Positions 61,627 through 64,000 of a stretch of DNA of 64,000 bases are shown here, one piece after another. Location: NCBI GenBank assembly GCA_963717965.1, contig CAVQXS010000001.1, forward strand, positions 2,755 to 66,754, read 5' to 3'. The notes beneath the pieces were generated by a model. The model searched no databases and was not told the DNA's origin. It worked only from the letters and a program-made list of their open reading frames with translations. Position numbers and translations under genes: made by a program. Each line of letters starts with the position of its first letter. The first letter of the stretch is position 1. The stretch comes from an uncultured Thermoleophilia bacterium. GTDB lineage: Bacteria > Actinomycetota > Thermoleophilia > UBA2241.

Positions 61627-62877
61627 ATGGAGCGATTGGAGGCGATCGTCCTCGCGGCCGGCCGTTCGTCGCGCATGCATGCCTTCAAGCCGCTCCTCGA
61701 GGTCGAGGGACGCACGCTGCTGGAGCGCGCCGTCGGCGCCTTCTCCGCGGTGGGGATCGGCGTCATCGTCGTGACCGGGCACCGCGGCGATGAGGTCGCG
61801 GCGGTCGCCGCGCGGGCCGGCGCTCGCGTCGCGCCGAACCCGCGACACGAGCGGGGCATGTTCTCGTCGGTGCAGGCCGGGGTGGCGGCGCTGGACCCCG
61901 GCGTCTCCCACTTCTTCCTGCTCCCGGCCGACGTGCCGCTGGTGCGGCCGGAGACGGTCGGGCGTCTCGCCCGCGAGGGAGCCACGGCGCGAGGCGCGGG
62001 CGGTACCGGCACAGCCGACGTCGTCTACCCTGCCGTGCGCGGCGACGCGGGCCACCCGCCGCTCATCGCCGCGTCTCTGCGCGACGAGATCCTCGCCGCC
62101 GAGCCGCCCGGTGGCCTGCGCGAGCTGCTCCTCTCGCACGCCGCCGGATCGGCGCTGGTCGAGGTCGACGACCCGGGCGTGCTGCTCGACGCCGACACGC
62201 CCGACGATCTCGCCCGCATCCGCGAGCGGGCGGCGGGCGAAGACCTGCCCTCGGAGGCGCGCTGCCTCGAGCTCCTCCGGGAGCGCGGCGCCTCGGACGC
62301 GATCATCGCGCACTCCCGGGCGGTGGCGGCGGTGGCGGCTGCGCTCGCCGCCGCCCTGAACGAGCGGCGCCAGTACCTTTGCGAGCCGCTCGTCGCGGCC
62401 GCCGGCCTGCTGCACGACGTGGCCAGGGACCAGCCGCGGCATGCCGAGGCGGGGGCGGACGTGCTGGAGCGCCTCGGCCATGCGCGCGTCGCCGCCGTCG
62501 TGCGCCGGCACATGGGCCTCGACGATGACGGTGACGACGTCGGCGAGGCCCAGCTCGTGTATCTGGCGGACAAGCTCGTCGAGGAGGAGCGGCTCGTCGG
62601 ACTGGACGAGCGCTTCGCGGCGCGCCTCGAGCGGCTCGCCCGCTACCCGGCGGCGCTGGCCGGTGCCGAGGCCCGCAAACACGAGGCGTTGGGGGTGCTG
62701 GGCCGCGTCGAGCGGCTTCTGGGGCGGCCGGTCACCGACGTCCTGCCGCCGCGGGCGAGCGGCCGTCGTCCGCTGCGCCGCGCCGCCCGCGCCGTCAGGC
62801 GGCGGGCCGCCCGCCGTTCAGGATGCTGCGCGCGGCGATCACGCCGGCCGCCGAGGCCTGCACGAGGCCGCGGGTGA
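61627..62877 (+). CDS. MobA/MocA-like molybdenum-cofactor nucleotidyltransferase fused to an HD domain; 3' end doubtful
   Basis: AIVLAAGRSSRM and LLPADVPLV, then HSRAVAAVAAALA...GLLHDVAR...VRRHM. The last 28 codons (83 nt) overlap the convergent gene and are Arg-rich. Confidence 0.7.
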   Translation: MERLEAIVLAAGRSSRMHAFKPLLEVEGRTLLERAVGAFSAVGIGVIVVTGHRGDEVAAVAARAGARVAPNPRHERGMFSSVQAGVAALDPGVSHFFLLPADVPLVRPETVGRLAREGATARGAGGTGTADVVYPAVRGDAGHPPLIAASLRDEILAAEPPGGLRELLLSHAAGSALVEVDDPGVLLDADTPDDLARIRERAAGEDLPSEARCLELLRERGASDAIIAHSRAVAAVAAALAAALNERRQYLCEPLVAAAGLLHDVARDQPRHAEAGADVLERLGHARVAAVVRRHMGLDDDGDDVGEAQLVYLADKLVEEERLVGLDERFAARLERLARYPAALAGAEARKHEALGVLGRVERLLGRPVTDVLPPRASGRRPLRRAARAVRRRAARRSGCCARRSRRPPRPARGRG

Positions 62878-64000
62878 TGCCGGCGCCGTCGCCGACGGCG
62901 TAGAGGTTCTTCACCGGCGTCTGCAGGCCCTCGTCGAGCTCCGGCCGCGCCGAGTAGAACTTGACCTCGACCCCGTAGAGCAGCGTGTCGCGCCCGTTGA
63001 CGCCCGGGGCGAGCTTGTCCATGGCGGCGAGGAACTCGAGGATGTCGGTGAGGTGGCGGTACGGGAGCACAAAGGCGAGGTCGCCGGCCGTGGCGCCCTG
63101 CAGCGTGGGCTGCACGGTGCCGCGGCGGATGCGGTCCATGGTGCTGCGGTGACCCTGATGCAGGTCTCCCAGCCGCTGCACGATGATGTCCTCGCCGAGG
63201 AGGTTGGCCAGCCGCGCGATGCTCTTGCCGTAGGCGATGGGGTCGTCGAACGGCTCCGTGAAGTCGGTGCTCACGAGCAGCGCGAAGTTGGTGCGGTCGG
63301 TCTTGAAGTCGGCGTAGCTGTGCCCGTTCACGGTGACGACGTCGCCGTAGTTTTCGAGCGAGACGGCGCCGTAGGGGTTCATGCAGAAGGTGCGCACGGG
63401 GTCGTCAAAGCTCGGCGTGTAGTAGATGAGCTTGCTCTCGTAGAGCGCGCTGGTGAGCGGCTCCATGATCGCCGCCGAGGTCTCGACGCGCACGCCGATG
63501 TCGACCGGGTTGGTGCGCATCACGATGTGCAGCCGCTTGCACTCTTCGACCAGCCAAGCGGCGCCGTCGCGCCCGGGCGCCGCCACGACGGCGTCGGCCG
63601 TCAGCCGCGTGCCGTCCTCGAGGACGACGCCGGTGGCGCGCAGGTCGCTCTCGCCGGCGGGCTTCTCGGCGAGGATGCGCTCGACGCGGCTGTCAGTGAG
63701 CACCTCGACCTGCTTCTCGAGCTCCGCGCGCATGCGCGTGAGGATGTCATAGGAGCGCTCGGTGCCCATGTGCCGCACCGGGGATTCGACGAGGGTCATG
63801 CCGTGGAGCAGGGCCTCGCGGCGGATGCGGTCGAACTTCTTGCCGCCGCCGTGGACCTCCTCCGGCGCGCCGTACTCGAGCCAGACGCCGTCGACGTACT
63901 CGATGAGCTCGGTCAGGCGGTCCCTGCCGACGAAGCGGTCCAGCCAGCCGCCGACGTTCGGCGTCAGGGTGAGCTTGCCGTCGCTGAAGGCGCCGGCGCC
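62795..64000 (-). CDS. FAD-dependent dehydrogenase (COG2509-like), 5' end outside the window
   Basis: Reading frame is open to the window edge (GAGAFSDGKLTL...). C-terminus is LYAVGDGAGITRGLVQASAAGVIAA. Confidence 0.75.
   Translation of the reverse strand, partial: GAGAFSDGKLTLTPNVGGWLDRFVGRDRLTELIEYVDGVWLEYGAPEEVHGGGKKFDRIRREALLHGMTLVESPVRHMGTERSYDILTRMRAELEKQVEVLTDSRVERILAEKPAGESDLRATGVVLEDGTRLTADAVVAAPGRDGAAWLVEECKRLHIVMRTNPVDIGVRVETSAAIMEPLTSALYESKLIYYTPSFDDPVRTFCMNPYGAVSLENYGDVVTVNGHSYADFKTDRTNFALLVSTDFTEPFDDPIAYGKSIARLANLLGEDIIVQRLGDLHQGHRSTMDRIRRGTVQPTLQGATAGDLAFVLPYRHLTDILEFLAAMDKLAPGVNGRDTLLYGVEVKFYSARPELDEGLQTPVKNLYAVGDGAGITRGLVQASAAGVIAARSILNGGRPAA

Overview
This is a roughly 70% GC bacterial window, densely coded on both strands. 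I recognised no rRNA, tRNA, CRISPR array, transposase or integrase.

**Housekeeping content**
- Purine genes are scattered: purS-purQ-purL(5' end), purE, purD, purB, purA.
- Other core genes are aroA, ddl, an L,D-transpeptidase, and a b6-type cytochrome bc operon (Rieske, split cytochrome b, di-haem c).
- There is an AsnC / HisC-like / LarA-like / LutABC operon with a distant larB, a WbpA/B/D-like sugar module, XdhC plus a MocA-HD fusion, and several regulators (LuxR, PAS-LuxR, MarR, Lrp).

**Main signal: candidate pyrrolysine genes**
- Two methylamine methyltransferase genes each carry a single in-frame TAG with conserved sequence continuing after it in the same frame.
- The MttB homologue is 33775..35244 (TAG 34756..34758). 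The MtbB homologue is 37193..38587 (TAG 38234..38236).
- No corrinoid partner, pylS/B/C/D or tRNA-Pyl is visible in these 64 kb.
- TAG is also used as an ordinary terminator by at least 12 genes here.
- A third MttB-superfamily gene without TAG lies at 6026..7459.

**Second signal: a paralogous protein family**
- Secreted, lipoprotein or membrane-anchored proteins carry a pilin-like WPxNP[FW]TG...GxYxY module. I count 8 module copies in 5 genes.
- Two multi-module members sit between the two candidate pyrrolysine genes.

**Data-quality warning**
- About 14 apparent frameshifts are present, including in aroA, purA and purB. This suggests assembly indel errors rather than real gene decay.
- Frameshift positions are approximate. 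All similarity statements are by eye and from memory, with no searches run.
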